From assembly GCA_964057225.1 (NCBI GenBank), contig OZ059897.1, forward strand, positions 10,106,001 through 10,170,000: a stretch of 64,000 bases of DNA, written 5' to 3'. This DNA is from Auanema rhodensis. Lineage: Eukaryota > Animalia > Nematoda. Each line of letters opens with the position of its first letter. The first letter of the stretch is position 1. Below, one piece after another: positions 29,601 through 43,693 of the stretch. Made by a program: the position numbers and the translations under genes. The notes beneath the pieces were generated by a model. That model did not search any database. It saw nothing but the letters and a program-made list of their open reading frames with translations, and was not told the origin of the DNA.

Positions 29601-32600
29601 GCTACACTCAGTAATGGAGGAGTAAGACTTACATTCTGCTTGAGGAGGAAGAAGACGAAATAGATCTATATAAAGTGATTTAGTGAAGAAAAGAAAGAAA
29701 GAAGTGAATGAAGAGAGCTGAAGCTTTCTTTAGAATGATAATGTGCCCGAAAGGCAAATGGAGGGAACTGGATAGTCTTTCTATTTTCATTGGTGGGTAT
29801 GGGTTAGCGGCTTTCATTTTCCATTCCCTTGATAAGTAGTGAAAAATATAGTTAATGAATAGGAAGAGCCAAATTGAATGGATAAAATGCAGATGACAGC
29901 TTATGTATTGCTTTCTTGCATTCTACCACTACTAAATATACTCTAGAGTGTATTTCGTAGAAATGTTCCTATTCTTAATCGTTTACTTATTTCAACGAAA
30001 AAAAAAATTTATACAGCTCGGCATATTCATCAAGGATATGCATATAAGGCAAATGTCAAATTGAAATGTTACATCTGTATTGTTTACTTTGAGATACAAA
30101 TTAGCTAGACAATTACAAAGAAAATTGAACAGACAGTGCATAATTGAGTTTTTGAAAGTCTTTCAAATGTTCCTTTAAACTTGTGATAACTTACTTCTAT
30201 TTCTACCTCTTTTTCTTTTTCTTTTCCTACTTTTTTTTTGGGAGTTAAATCACTGTAGGCCAAATGCAAAAATCCGTTCATTTTGAGAATTGAATGAAAT
30301 TGGAAGCTAAGAAAGACGTATGCTTGATTTCTTTTGCATTCTTTATGTCATACTCAATAGGTTTAGTTATTTTCAGATCAAAAGGTCAATAACCAAATTT
30401 TATTAAATTTAAAATAATTTCAGATGAATATGATAACGTAACTTTGATGTACGCTAAACATGAAAAAATTCCGATGAAAGATTTCGGATCAGAAATCAGG
30501 GCAACTATGGACATAGATCATTTATTAAATAAAGCTGTGCTGTTACTCGATCTCCAAGAAACCAGTTTAGAAGAGATATTTGCCAAGTTTGTTTATTTTT
30601 CATATAAAACCTTAAGAAAACTTTTATGGAATATAACTAATTTGAAAGGACTAGGTTATATAGACTGAAACACACGCACATATACATATGTGCATATATG
30701 TATATATAGCATATTTATTATAATTCGATTTTTTGTTGTTTTGCAATGTTTGTTTTGGCAAAAAAATCATTTCCAAAATGTATATCTATTCATAAATAGA
30801 TATAGATAGATAGATAGATAAATAGATATATGTATATGGATGTATGGATATGGTTTAGCAAAAATGTAAAATGTCAATATTTTTTTAATTAAACTTCATT
30901 TTTTATTTTACTTATATAGAATTATTCATGAGATGGATATACAAGAGCCAGAATTCACAAGTGAACAAGTCAGAGCAGTTCTTTTCACTCAGGATGCCGG
31001 AAATCAATGTTAATTTATTTATAAATATTCGTTGCGTTTATACTTTTCTTTATAGTTCATATACTAAGTCGAACGGTTCAGTCTATTTGCACAACTGGAT
31101 CTATAGGAGGAACTTTTGATTATGATCAAACTTGGATTTGCGCCTTGTAAGTTGTTCATTTTTCATTCTGTGTGATTGACAAGTTTGAAACATGCTCATT
31201 ATGCTTTAGGTGCATGCTGAATACTGTACAACATCGACATGTCGCAATAGCACGTTTATCTCATCCAACAAATCTAGGAAGAACCATGCAGGATTTGCGG
31301 TTCATAATCATAGTTATTGCTCCAAGCAGAGCGGTAAAAGATGCTTTTCCAATGAATATTCTCATCTCATTTTCATTACAGAAAGGCACAAAAACTGCTT
31401 TAGAGACCACCAGAACTTTCGCCACATTATTTGCTGATATGGAGATTAGACAACGTTTGGTTATGGCTCAAACCGTAGAACAGTTCAGGTAAGCAGATTG
31501 AATAGTGCTTTTCAAGTTATAAACTTCATGTAACTTAGATCAACACTTCTATCAGCCGCTAAAGAGTTGGCAATGGATCAAAATCAGTGGCGAGAACGGA
31601 AAACATCAATTCATCTAAGTCAAGCAAAAGAGCAAATAGTTAGTTATTTGAAGAAATATCAAGAGAAAAAAACAAATAATTGATGAATTACTATAACAAA
31701 TCATTACAGTTTGGTCCAAATGCATGGTATCCTTTTCGTGGTCTGAAAGAAGAATTTGCACGGCGGTTGCCCTATTATCCATCAGATTTTATGGATGGTG
31801 TGAGAGGACACAAGACTTTGCAAAAACTTTTTTCTACTGTTGTTTTCTTATACTTCGCTTGCTTACTTCCAGCAATAGCATTTGGTGTTTTGAATGACGA
31901 TAATACTAATGGTGGTATTAGTAAGTTTCATATAATAAAGACTACATAAACGTGAAATTACTTTCAGATGTTCGAAAAGTAATCATTGCTCAAGCTGTTG
32001 GCGGCATTTTTTTTGCTCTGTTTGGTGGGCAGCCTATGATAATACTCTTAACAACAGTACCGCTAGCAATTTATATGAAAGGTAATTGACTGCGATTTCA
32101 AAGTATTTTTCTAAAATTCATATATTACAGTCATTTACAAAATATCTGAAGAACTTGGCTATGATTTTTTTGCTATGTATGCTTGTGTTGGACTGGTTTG
32201 TCAATTGTTTCTGGTGCTATATTCAGCGACAGAACTATGCTCGTTGATGAAATTAGCCACTAGGTATGAGCTAATATCAGATTTATTCTGTTTTCTTATG
32301 TAATTCTTTGTATTAGGTCAGCTGAAGAGATGTTTTCACTGTTTATAGCAATAGCATTCACTGTGGAAAGTATTCGAGCTCTCCATAACAGTAAGTTGCT
32401 CATTCTCATATTCTCATTCACATACGAAATCTTTGTGTTTTCAGTTTTTGTGAAAAACTATAATGGATGTGACGATTCTGTAGCAAATGTTGAAAACTTG
32501 AAATATGCTATTGATATTTATAGAAACGGGAGTACAGAGCTAGGTGTTACATTATTAAATAATATGAGCACAGTATTATCATCTAAAGCTGGAAATGTAA

Positions 32601-33949
32601 GTTTTTGAGTTAAACTTTCTTATTTTCAATAATTTAAAGATAACATCAACATCAGTGGTATGTAGAAGAGATACTACTATATTATACATGCTTCTAATGT
32701 TTGGCACATTATGGTTAGGACTTTTTCTCTTCAACTTTCGGAAGGTTGTTTGTAGATCTCTGACTGAGAATCAATTTTTATTTTTCAGACTCCATATTTG
32801 ACAAGATCTAGACGTGAATGGCTTGCTGATTATGCCCTACCAGCCTCCGTTCTGATAATGTCATTCATTGGGTCATACTTGTTTGCTGATGTTCAGAGTA
32901 AATTTCAACTTCATTTGCCACATTAAATGCTATATTCTACTTTTTTTTCAGAAGATAGGTTCAAAATGAGAAACGAAGTACCGTTGTTACAAATTGCTGA
33001 TATATTTTCTTTACCGCCATCGGGATATTTTGTCTGTTTATTGCTCGGATTTTCACTTTCTTTTCTATTCTTCATTGATCAAAATATTACTTCAGCGATA
33101 GTAAATAACTCACAAAATAAGTAAGTTATAACAAAAACAATTTAAATAATGCTACTCAATGTTAGATTGAAAAAGGGACAAACGCAGAACTTGGATTTAT
33201 TTGTTGTTGCAATGCTCAATATAGGACTTTCTCTTGTTGGTTTGCCATGGATGCATGGTGCATTACCCCATTCCCCTCTTCATCTGCGAGCCCTTGCTGA
33301 TGTTGAAGAGCGAGTGTCACAAGGACATGTTCATGAAGTGTGAGTTTCAGTGGGATTGAAGATAAAAATATTCGAAAAGTAGCTTTTCAAGTTCATTCAT
33401 TTTCAATTTTTCAGAATAATGAATGTTCGTGAAACCCGATTAGCAACACTAATTGCACATATCTTAATTTTAATTTCAACATTTTACTTGATACCTTATC
33501 CATTACAACAAATTCCAACGTCCGTTTTACATGGTCTATTCTTATACATGGCGTTGACTTCTTTATCAGGAAACGAAATGTTTGAACGTCTACTTTTACT
33601 GATCACAGAACAGGTATGGCTTCAATATGAACGTTAAGATAAGCTTAAACCCTCTTTTTCCAGCAAGCGTATCCACCTACTCATTATATCCGCAAAGTAC
33701 CACAACGTAAAGTGCATCTGTTTACATTTTGCCAACTTTTACAACTTGTCATTCTCTGTGCGTTCGGATTTTCACCGTATCCATTTATTGAAATGGTTTT
33801 CCCCATAGTGTGCTTCTTCTTCTTGCCAATCAGGTTAGTTCCTATCGGCATTATATATCGAGACATTGAGCATCATCTCTTTCAGACACACCTTAATTCC
33901 ACGTTTGATAGATTATAAATATTTGGACGCATTAGATGGCCGACACTAA
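20640..33949 (+). CDS. abts-3: SLC4-family anion/bicarbonate transporter (SLC4A11-like, probably abts-3) with alternative N-terminal exons; shared core 30424-33949
   Basis: [98 protein letters not shown], ends YLDALDGRH*; the paralog assignment is from memory. Confidence 0.85.
24225..24450 (+). repeat. Polypurine (GA/GAAA) low-complexity tract in an abts intron
   Basis: Nearly pure A/G on the + strand. Confidence 0.8.
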
Positions 33950-34066
33950 GACAATAATATTCAGTCCCAACTATATGTGAAGACTTTTGTATCAGTTAGC
34001 TATATCTGTACATTATTTTTATTTTCTATATACATACATCTTTCCCTACGTCATTCGGGTACACCC

Positions 34067-34147
34067 TCACACACACACACACACACACACACCCTCACAT
34101 CCTCACACCATCACCATCACACACACACATACACATACACACACATA

Positions 34148-34180
<33 letters not shown>

Positions 34181-34187
34181 ATATATA
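34067..34187. repeat. Compound (CA)n/(TA)n microsatellite 3' of abts
   Basis: Direct reading. Confidence 0.9.
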
Positions 34188-34939
34188 TGGTAGCTACAAA
34201 TCCTAATAGGAAAACATATGTTGTATCTGTTCCATTATCTACTATGTCGGCGCACAACCTACGAGATTGTCTGCTATTATCATTTTATTCAAAATATTCA
34301 ATTTCGTACTGGTTTTCTTAGTCACCGTCTAACATTCAAAAGAATATCACAACAGCGCTCATTTATTTTTTTTTACTCAAAAACAATATTTTTCTTGCCA
34401 TAAGTTCCTAAATTAATTTATTTTGTTTAATTATATAAATTTCATTATATATTAGTTAGATATTGATGAGATTGCCAACGATTTATATAATATACAGGCC
34501 ATATTTACATGCGCAAAATGAGAAGATAATGGAACAGATCTCTAATTTTTAAGTTATTGTTTTGATTTAATCTTATCTATCATTATTTAGTATTAATATA
34601 ACAGTTGTTTTCTCTTAATGTATCAACGATTAGAATGTGGAAGTGTAATAATAATGTTTTTTTAAGTTATAAATATCAACTTGATTATGAAAAATTTGAT
34701 TCAAAACTTCATATGTACAAGAAAACTCAAAGATAAATATCAAAGTAAAATGAAATGTATATTCAAAATGATATATCTTTCATCATAAATATTCTAAGAT
34801 AAAAAGAATGAATTTGTACTATATTTAACATCTAATATAATAATAATTATAGTTATAGAGTTATATAGATATATAAATAATCTCAAATATTTTGAATTTT
34901 GATATTAAGTGTTGTAAAGATCGCTCAACTCTTTTCGAG

Positions 34940-35470
34940 CAGAGAGAGACATCTGCAAATAATTTAAATATTATTTTTGGAATTTACAAAAACAAAAAAC
35001 CTTCTTATAGATATTATGATGCTGCTCTCTCAATTTCATTAATTCCGCATGAGCAATCTTAGCTTCTTCAGATAGTTGATCAAACTGAAAATGCACTTGT
35101 TTGAGAAATATTGCTCAGAAGGAAGATAAATAGCATGATAAATTGAAAAAAAAGAGAAACAGATAGATACTTTCATCTGCAATTTCCTTCTTTTATTTTG
35201 AACTTCTCGACGATAGTTAATGAATGATTGAAGCATCTTCTTATCCATCAACTGAATTGATTGGATAAAAATGTTTGAAAATCAAGTATTATAGTCATAC
35301 TTCATTTGCTAATTTCAAAAAATAATTAGATTTCTGTTCTTTTGGTATAGATTCATTGATCCATATACTTCTGAAGGAATCTTGAATTTTCAATGGAAGA
35401 CTGGTTATAAAAGAAGAAAAATGCGTCTTGTCGTCATCTTTAGCTTCTTTAGGTAAACTCAAATTTGTCT
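34940..35470 (-). CDS. Small helical hypothetical protein (partial exon chain)
   Basis: Exons TNLSLPKEAKDDDKTHFSSFITSLPLKIQDSFRSIWIN... and LMDKKMLQSFINYRREVQNKRRKLQMK flanked by splice signals. Confidence 0.4.
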
Positions 35471-36263
35471 GCAAATGAGAAAATAAAAATATTACTTGAT
35501 TATAAACGTAAATGTGTTAATTTTCTTTTTCTTAAACTTCACTAAACTTCACAAACATTTTCTATTTTATTACAACATCTCAATGTCTTGTTAAGTATTG
35601 TTTATATACATATGTTAATTAATAATAAAATAAAGTTGGAAAAGGGTTGAAATTGTGAATAACTAGATAAGGAATTTCTGAAAAAAAATGTTAATCAACT
35701 AAGACAACTCTCCAAATTTCAATCGAATTTTTTTTCGGTGAAGGAACCTATCAAATAACACCCACGCAATTCTGGAAGGAAATATAAAAACCTGCTCTTC
35801 ATTTTCAGGATAAATTGGAGTGAGAGCAAGAAGAAAGACAAGTAAATGATACCACATAGTAGCCTTAATTTATTAATATCAGCATACATGTTCTGGTATT
35901 ATACGGAATGAAAAAACTGTAAATGTTCTTGCAAGTTGGTCAAGTTTTACTTTATAACGCTGCTTCATCAAAATAACTTGTTTATCACATTATTGCTAGA
36001 TACATAACCTACAAAGTACAGAATACTACATCCAGTTTCAGATGGATACATTAGAAGCAGATGCAAAATCCTAAAAAGCTTGACAAAGCAATAATTGTTT
36101 GGAATGGTTTGAATTAGTTTTGAAAGTATTTGAATAATTGATTCGTTATTTTTTGAGTTTTTTATTCTTAATTAAAAATAATTAAATACATTGAATCTTA
36201 ATTCATAGCTTACTTATATTCGTTATTATACAATTAATTACATAAAGTTAATACTATTCAGTT

Positions 36264-36856
36264 ATGAATCTAGTTTTATATTTGAGTTTACTACTCATTT
36301 TCCCAATTTCTGCTTCATCTTCGACATTAAACACCTCCATCCTTTCCAATGATAGTCAAATAGTACTAGAAGAGTTACATATATTAGAAATAGAAATCTC
36401 GAATGTTCTTGAATTTGTGAAAGATGACGAACAAAAAGAAATGGTAAGAAATACTACAAATAATTTCTAAAACATTTAAGCCTATTCGAATTGACACAGA
36501 TTGAAGAAATATTGAATATGGAAGAACAAAATGAAGAAACTCTTATTTCCAATGATAACCAACTATCTGATAATATGACAGTTAGAATCTTAAATTACTA
36601 TTTTCTTTTTAAATAAATCAAATAACATTCTAGGAAAATTTGGATGAGAATTCAAAAAAAATATTGAAGAATGTAAAAGATTTGATGGTGCGAAAACAGA
36701 ATTTGATAAATTCCATTGACGATATTGAAGAAAAGAAAAATGTTTGTTATCATCTTATTGTGATACACGTGAACAAGAACTAAGATCATAATTTTATAGA
36801 TAATTGCATTGGAATTATTAGAAGAAATGTCTCGATTGAAACAACAGTCAAACTAA
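36264..36856 (+). CDS. Small secreted acidic/coiled-coil protein, multi-exon
   Basis: Signal peptide MNLVLYLSLLLIFPISAS, then E-rich helical exons with GT-AG introns. Confidence 0.55.
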
Positions 36857-37235
36857 TATTTAATTTTAAATTGTATATTAGGATTGTGATGCTGAAAATC
36901 CAGAAAATTGTTTCGTAGCTATTATATGCTTTTTTTTGCTGTTTTATATCAATTTGTATAATACTTATATACTTTATGATGACAATCTATTCACCTTTGT
37001 ACCTTAATCAATGATCATAAGTATCGATATTTGTGTCTGTCCATTAATAGAAATTTGATACTGTTAGATAAGAAAAACGTTTAGATACATAGGTTCTTGT
37101 CATTTATGAGTTTAAATATTTCTTTATACAAATTAATAAATTATTATTATTTTATTTATTGCATAATTAAATAAATAATATTTTTGTTGTATATGTGTTT
37201 AGTTGAAGAAGGACAAGATAAACTATATTCTAAAA

Positions 37236-39766
37236 ATGGATGGAGCTGCTATTGTTGCCAAATCCTTGATTGATCAGGTAACAGACATCTCTATCTGTTG
37301 TTCCAACTAGTTTTATCAGGGAGTTGAATATATGTTTGGTGTGGTCGGCTTTCCTATTATTGAGATTGGAATGGCTGCACAAGCCTATGGAATTAAATAT
37401 ATTGGATGCCGCAATGAACAAGCTGTAAGACTTTCTAAAGCTTATGAACATTGTTTTTTTCCTCGGTTAAGGCTTGCTATGCTGCTCAAGCAATGGGATA
37501 TTTGACTCGTAAACCTGTTGTTTGTCTTGTTGTCTCGGGACCTGGTTTATTGCACGTAATCGGTGGCTTGGCAAATGCTACTGTGAACTGCTGGTAGTTG
37601 AGTAGTTCCACTATATGATTCTTGTTATTATATCATAGGCCTGTAATATGTATTGGAGGTTCATCTGATCTTGATCAAGAATGTAGGGGAGCTTTCCAAG
37701 AGTGGCCTCAAGTAGACAGCGCACGCCTTTCTTGCAAATATGTTACACGTCCCACAACTTTGCAAAGTATTCCTCTTCATGTAGAGAAGGTTGGATTCTC
37801 TGTTAAGACTGTTGTTGGTATACTCTGTTCAGGCTGTTCGCTCTGCTATGTATGGTAGACCAGGTGCCGTCTATATTGACATCCCTGGCAACTTGGTTCT
37901 CTCTTCAACTGACGAGTCAAATATACCGTAAATAAAACAAAAAAATCATCAATGCAATTATTGTTTTCATAGAGTAGTACCATCTGTTCCCTTGCCAGGA
38001 CCAACTTCAATTGCTACTCCATCTTTAATCAAAGAGGCATTGAGAACGATTAAAGAAGCCAAGAAACCACTGGTCATTATTGGTAAAGGTATAGTTTTGA
38101 TACTAATTACTATGTGTAAGTAAATATGTGTAGGATGTGCTTGGTCCGAGAGAGGCCCAGCTATGGTTCAACAATTCTTAACAATGACAGGTTTACCTTG
38201 GTTGGCTACTCCAGGCGGAAAAGGCGTCTGTACTGACTTGCACCCAAGGTTTTTATTCTGCTGTATATGTGTATATAATACAATGAAAAAATGAATTAAT
38301 AGAAATGTGGCTGCTGCTCGTTCCAAAGCACTACTTGAAACAGATTGTTTGATATTGTTGGGTGCGCGTCTTAACTGGATGCTGCATTTCGGCTTACCTC
38401 CTCGTTTTGGCAAAGGTTTCAAGATTGTCCAAGTATGACTTTAAAAAAAGAAGCATGTTGATTATGTTATCGCCAGATTGATATCAATGCTGAAGAGTTC
38501 CATCAAAATGTGCCAACTACTGTTCCTCTGTTAGGAGATATCGGAGAAACCTTATCAGAAGTAAAACTTTGAAACATATTCTGATATTTCATTGATTATT
38601 CTTCAGATGATATCATTGTCGGACGAATGGAAATTTGACACCAAAAGCGATTGGAACAAATTCCTTGAGAATATCTCTGATAATAATCGGTTAGTATATG
38701 AAAGTATCAAAAATTTAAAATTTATAATATATAACAGGCAGGTGGTTGAGAAAATGGCTATTAATCATGAGCTACCACTTAACTACTATGCTGCATATCA
38801 TCCGGTAAATTTTTTTCTGTGATATTATATATTCACATATGATCAGATTCGTGAATTTTTATCCAAAAATGATGTCATTGTGATCAACGAAGGTGCAAAT
38901 ACAATGGATATTGGTAGAACTATGATGCCTTCGGTGCTTCCAAAAAGACGTTTGGATGCAGGAACATTCGGTGAGTTTTCGAAAAAAATATTTTTTTCTC
39001 TTTAGGGCAGACACGAGTTAATATTTTTTTTGGTTAAAATCATTGCTTGCATGTTTCCACTGATACCATGACAACTAAATCACATTGCATGAACAAATTT
39101 ACAATAAATTTGATTCTAGGAACTATGGGCGTTGGTCAGGGTTATGCTCTTGCTGCTGCTCTATTCTGTCGAGATCATTCTCCTAATACCAAAGTATTTT
39201 GATTATTATAAATTTGAATTTGAACAATACTGATTGTGCAGGTGTTGGTTGTACAAGGAGACAGTGCATTTGGTTTCTCAGGAATGGAAGTAGAAACTAT
39301 TGCTCGGTTTATAAATAATTATGAGAAATTTTTGTAAAGATATATGATTTTGCAGGTATAAGCTGCCTGTTGTAACTGTTATTTTGAATAATAGTGGAAT
39401 CTACAGAGGATTGCTTCCGGAGGATATGAAGTCTATTGAAGGGGATCCAACTCTTCAGTTAATCAAAATTTTATAATCTATATGAATTGATTTTGATTTA
39501 GATACCCGGTTCTATCGTTAAGTCCTGAATGTCGTTATGACGTCATGAGCCAAGCACTTGGTGGCCATGGAGTATTGGTGAAGTCCGTACCTGAAATCAA
39601 AAATGCATTGGAAGAGGCAATAATACTAATCCGCTTATTTTAAAAACCTCTTCATGTTTAGGCTTATACAAGAAAAGATGGACCTACATTAATCAATGTT
39701 ATCATTTCAACTGATTCTGAAAGAAAAGCTCAAGCTCATTCTTGGCTCACTCGATCCAAAATGTAA
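37236..39766 (+). CDS. hacl-1: 2-hydroxyacyl-CoA lyase (TPP enzyme), multi-exon
   Basis: [95 protein letters not shown]1-like end WLTRSKM*. Confidence 0.95.
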
Positions 39767-40249
39767 AAGTAATGAAGTATCGAAGTATAAAAGTTTAAAA
39801 AAAATTTAATTATAATAAACAATAAGTTGAAAATAAAAAATGTATATCAAAGAACATTCTTCTGTTTCTTTATTATATTCAAAATGAATGCATGGTCAAC
39901 CATTCCAATTTGAAATTGAAAAATGAAACGAAGTTATAATGAATATCGACTTAAATGATATAGGCAGAATTGTTGTCATGGTTACTATACTTGCAGGTAA
40001 GAGAAGAACAAATTTTACGGTGGCAAATTCCCATAGCTTCGCTTAGATGTCTATTTTTCTTGAAACAAAGAGTGAAAAATTTTCTATCTATATGAAATCT
40101 TTCTTATTTGAACTATTTTTCTTCAAAATTTGCATAATTATGTCATTGTTTTCAAACTATTCGTATAGTTAAGGCTAAAATGTTTTATTATTACAGCTCA
40201 ACTCTCTTCATCAACTGTATTCAATAAATTTAGTTCAATAACTTTAGAA

Positions 40250-41731
40250 ATGGAAATTGTAAAAACTATTATTCATCCAAAATCATTTCAAAATAGAAGC
40301 GTAGACGAAGAAGAAAAGTCAGTTCCAGATGTAGGAGTATGGTTGGGAGGTAAGTGTTACAAGACGAGTCTTCAGAACTCATTTTAACAATTATATAATA
40401 GCAATTTTATTTTTCAACCTTATTTTAGAGATTGACTCTTTGTATTTGACTTTTTTAACATTATCAAGCTTGTTCACCGTGGCAGTATTTCTGTTGGGAT
40501 GCGTCCATTTATATTATGTTTTACGATATATTAGCAATGATAGAATACAAACAGATTTGTATTATTTAGTATTTATGTTTCCAGTGAGTTAACAGTTTTA
40601 AAATAAATATATTACCTTCACCTCTAAGATAACTTCGTCCTGTGGTTTAGCTGGCATGTTCATTCCTCGAGCAGCCATCTTTCTTTATGCTGTAGCTTTA
40701 GTGTGAGTTACTGTATTGAATATATAATAATTTTCTGTAGATATTTCATGTTCTGCCTTTTTGTTATTGTATCTTTACTATTTAATATATTTGGAAGTCG
40801 AAAAGAAATGGCTGAATACTTGAAAAGCAAGTAAGACATCCTTTTCAGTAGGGTACTTTACATTGCTTATAGCAACATAATGATATCATTCAAAGTTCCT
40901 CCAGTTTGTTTTCTCAACTGCTTACCAATGATTGAAAGCTCTGAGTTATACTTCAAAATTTACTGTAAAAACTGAAATTATTATATTCTAGCGAAAACTT
41001 ACGTCGAATTGAATGGCTTGTATTTCAAACTCCAATTATTAGAACAACACTAGAATTAATCAGTGTAGTAGTATTTATGGAACTTGGGCATAGACATAAC
41101 ATGTATACATCTGTTTGATTGTTCAAAATCTCTTCTTTTAATATTTAGGTGGTTTATGTTTTCACAGTTGTTTGGACTTATTTCCATGTGTGTTGCATTC
41201 TACGGATGTTATATCATAGTACCATTAGGACGTGTAAATGACTCATTAAAAGATGAAAATACCACTTCACGTTTTAGAAGAAACATTTGCCGTACCGATT
41301 TGATTTCATATTTCGAGTTGTGGACATAGCTCAGTGTATATATACAATTCAAAAGTTTTGCTTTGATTTTGCTTCCGCCTTTGATTTGATAGCTCCGGAT
41401 AGAATTTTAACTTCCGCAGCTAAAGCTCAATGTAAGTCCATACTTAATTCTGTAACTTTAATATTTTAGTCTGGTCTTCGTTTATGATGACTTGGGAGAT
41501 GATGCTTCTGTCTGCTCTATCGACATATTGCTTGAGACCTTCGAAAACAATTTTATTCGATCGTTATAGCGTTATAGATGTAGTAGCTACATCTTCACAA
41601 GCAAATGGTAAGGAAGACTATTGTATTTCAAAGCATACCATCAAATTAAAAATTTAGAAAGTATAATCAGTATTAACAATCTACCATCTGGTGAAAATAA
41701 ACCTATAGAAACATTCGACGAGATCATTTAA
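40250..41731 (+). CDS. osta-1: Organic solute transporter alpha-like protein, multi-exon
   Basis: MEIVKTIIHPK..., YISNDRIQTDLYYLVFMFP, GMFIPRAAIFLYAVAL, LLFNIFGSRKEM, WLVFQTPIIR resemble C. elegans OSTA-1 as recalled. Confidence 0.85.
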
Positions 41732-42185
41732 TGTTGAGATCATCTTTGTTTGTTGAGATTATTGAGAATAAAAATTTATTTTATAACTGTTCAAAAACAA
41801 AAAGGCGATTTCTTGCCACCGAGAACATCTTACATTTTGACAGATAACGAATTAAATAGTAAACTAATACTAATCGAACACTTAAAAAGATTAACAATTA
41901 CTAAAAAAAGATATTAGGAAGAAAGATCTTTAAACAATAGTTCTAATCTCAGGTTCATATATCATATTCAATATGTGATAACCTGCTAGTTATTAATTGT
42001 ATGGTTCATAAAATTTATTTTAAAAATTAGTTCAGGCTTAGCCCGTATTAATCTTATAAATTCTATGGTTAATAGAAAAATAATGTTGAGTAGATCGGGT
42101 TGACTTAATGAACATGATAATACTAAATGTATGAACACCCTATTTTCTTAAGGTAATTTATCGATTGAATAAAAAAAATTGAAAA

Positions 42186-42368
42186 ACACGCCCCCAAACA
42201 GCTGTCAAAAACATACTTTTGAGGGCGTCAACTGTTAAAAATATACTTTTGGGGCGCGTCAGCTGTCAAAAACATATTTTTGAGCCTCAGCTGTTAAAAT
42301 CATATTTTGGGCTCAGAGTTCATGGATTTTTCTTTTTTAAATTCAAAAATCATGATTTAAAGCATGAT
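42186..42368 (+). mobile_element. Remnant of a Maverick TIR (terminal repeat block, extreme terminus missing)
   Basis: cacgcccccaaacagctgtcaaaaacatac...aaaatcatgatttaaagcatgatt matches 43722-43875 with substitutions. Confidence 0.85.
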
Positions 42369-42464
42369 TGAACTGAATTTTTAAAAAATAGTTTAAGTTT
42401 GAAAAAGAATTTTATGCTGATTTCATTGTTTTGCATAATTAAAAATAAGAATTCATAATTTAAG

Positions 42465-42907
42465 ATGGTTAGAGGCAAGATAACTACCCCTGAAGTTCAA
42501 AACATCGTTCTTAGCATGAAGAATAAAGGGTTCAGCGTACGGAAAAAGAGTCAGCTTCTGACCTTGCCGAAGAGTACGATTCAAAATATTTGGAAAGCTT
42601 CACAAGAATCATACCAAACGGAGACAAGAGGAAGAGGAAGAAAAACAACAGTAGGACAAGATAACTTATTAATTAAACTCGTAGAGCGGTATCCGGATAT
42701 CACGTCATTCGAGTTAAGCCAACATCTTCTAAGAATGTTCAGGATTAGGCTTAATCCTTCGGATATTCGACGAAGATTGTTGGCGAGAAATCTAAGAGCT
42801 CGAGTTCCTGCACGAAAGACTTTAATATCGGTTGGTAACAGGCAGAAGAGAATAGATTTTGCCCGAGAGCATTTAAACTGGACGTTCGAAGATTGGTCGT
42901 CTATAAT
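42465..42907 (+). pseudogene. Truncated Tc1-family transposase (DNA-binding part), interrupted by a Maverick terminus
   Basis: HTH-GRGRKTT...IRRRL...RIDFAREHLNWTFEDWSSII, cut just before the first catalytic Asp; the rest of ORF 42465..43103 is TIR read-through. Confidence 0.85.
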
Positions 42908-43056
42908 AGTAGAGAGCCATGCCGAATTTACTAACCACGCCCCCAAACAGTTGCTAAAAACATACTTTTCAGGGCGTCAGCTGCTAAAAACATACTTTTG
43001 GGGGCGTCAGCTGTCAAAATCATATTTTCGGCGTCAGCTGTCAAAAATATACTTTT
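42908..43056 (+). mobile_element. Second Maverick terminus remnant (related subfamily)
   Basis: Starts AGTAGAGAGCC followed by the gcgtcagctg repeat block; diverged from 43694. Confidence 0.85.
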
Positions 43057-43105
43057 CCTCCCGAGGCAGGCTCTCGAGCCTGCGCATGGATCAAAATGCA
43101 TGATT

Positions 43106-43408
43106 TTAAATCTTTTTTAAAATTATTTTAACTATAGGACCCAATTCAGTTCTTATCAGGTGTAGACCTGACATCAATCTTATTGGATGTTGGTTTCCCC
43201 ATATCTCCCACATGAAGTCAATGCCTACTAGAATGTCAGGTGTTACATTTCCACAAGTAATGTTTTCTAACGATAATTCTAGTGCTCTTATTGTATCTCT
43301 ATCCGATATGGACAATTTGGGTAATTCTAATACTCCTACAATTTTTTCTAATCCCAGACACGTGATTTTTTGCTGCCTTGGACCTAGTCGTATATGATTT
43401 TTTTCCAA
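43106..43408 (-). pseudogene. BEL/Pao LTR-retrotransposon aspartic peptidase-region fragment
   Basis: PDILVGIDFMWEI...LMSGLHLIRTELGPIV motif typical of BEL/Pao gag-pol; no flanking pol domains. Confidence 0.65.
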
Positions 43409-43693
43409 AACTCAGTTACGAAATTTACCCATTGCTTCTCAATTGTTTGTTGTTGAGAGCTTTGAATATTTTCCATTGCATGTATTTTCAATATACCGGT
43501 GTTATTGGTGAAAATATTGAAAACATTTCTGTATTAATTTGATAAAATTATTAGAATATGATAATATGGCTTACCCCTTTTTCCCTGATATACGATAATA
43601 AATTCCATATAATGTATCGTTTACCGTTTTCCTAAGATTTTCGTTTGATGCGATCCGTATGCAACATTTAGAACAGCAGAACATTGCCGCAGC

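Noticed and set aside
33977-34403. His/Thr-rich ORFs
   Set aside because: Translations of (CA)n/(TA)n microsatellites
42908-43103. Novel transposase fusion with a repetitive C-terminal domain (RQLLKTYF repeats)
   Set aside because: Read-through into TIR DNA repeats; the same applies to ORFs at 43659, 61056 and 63264
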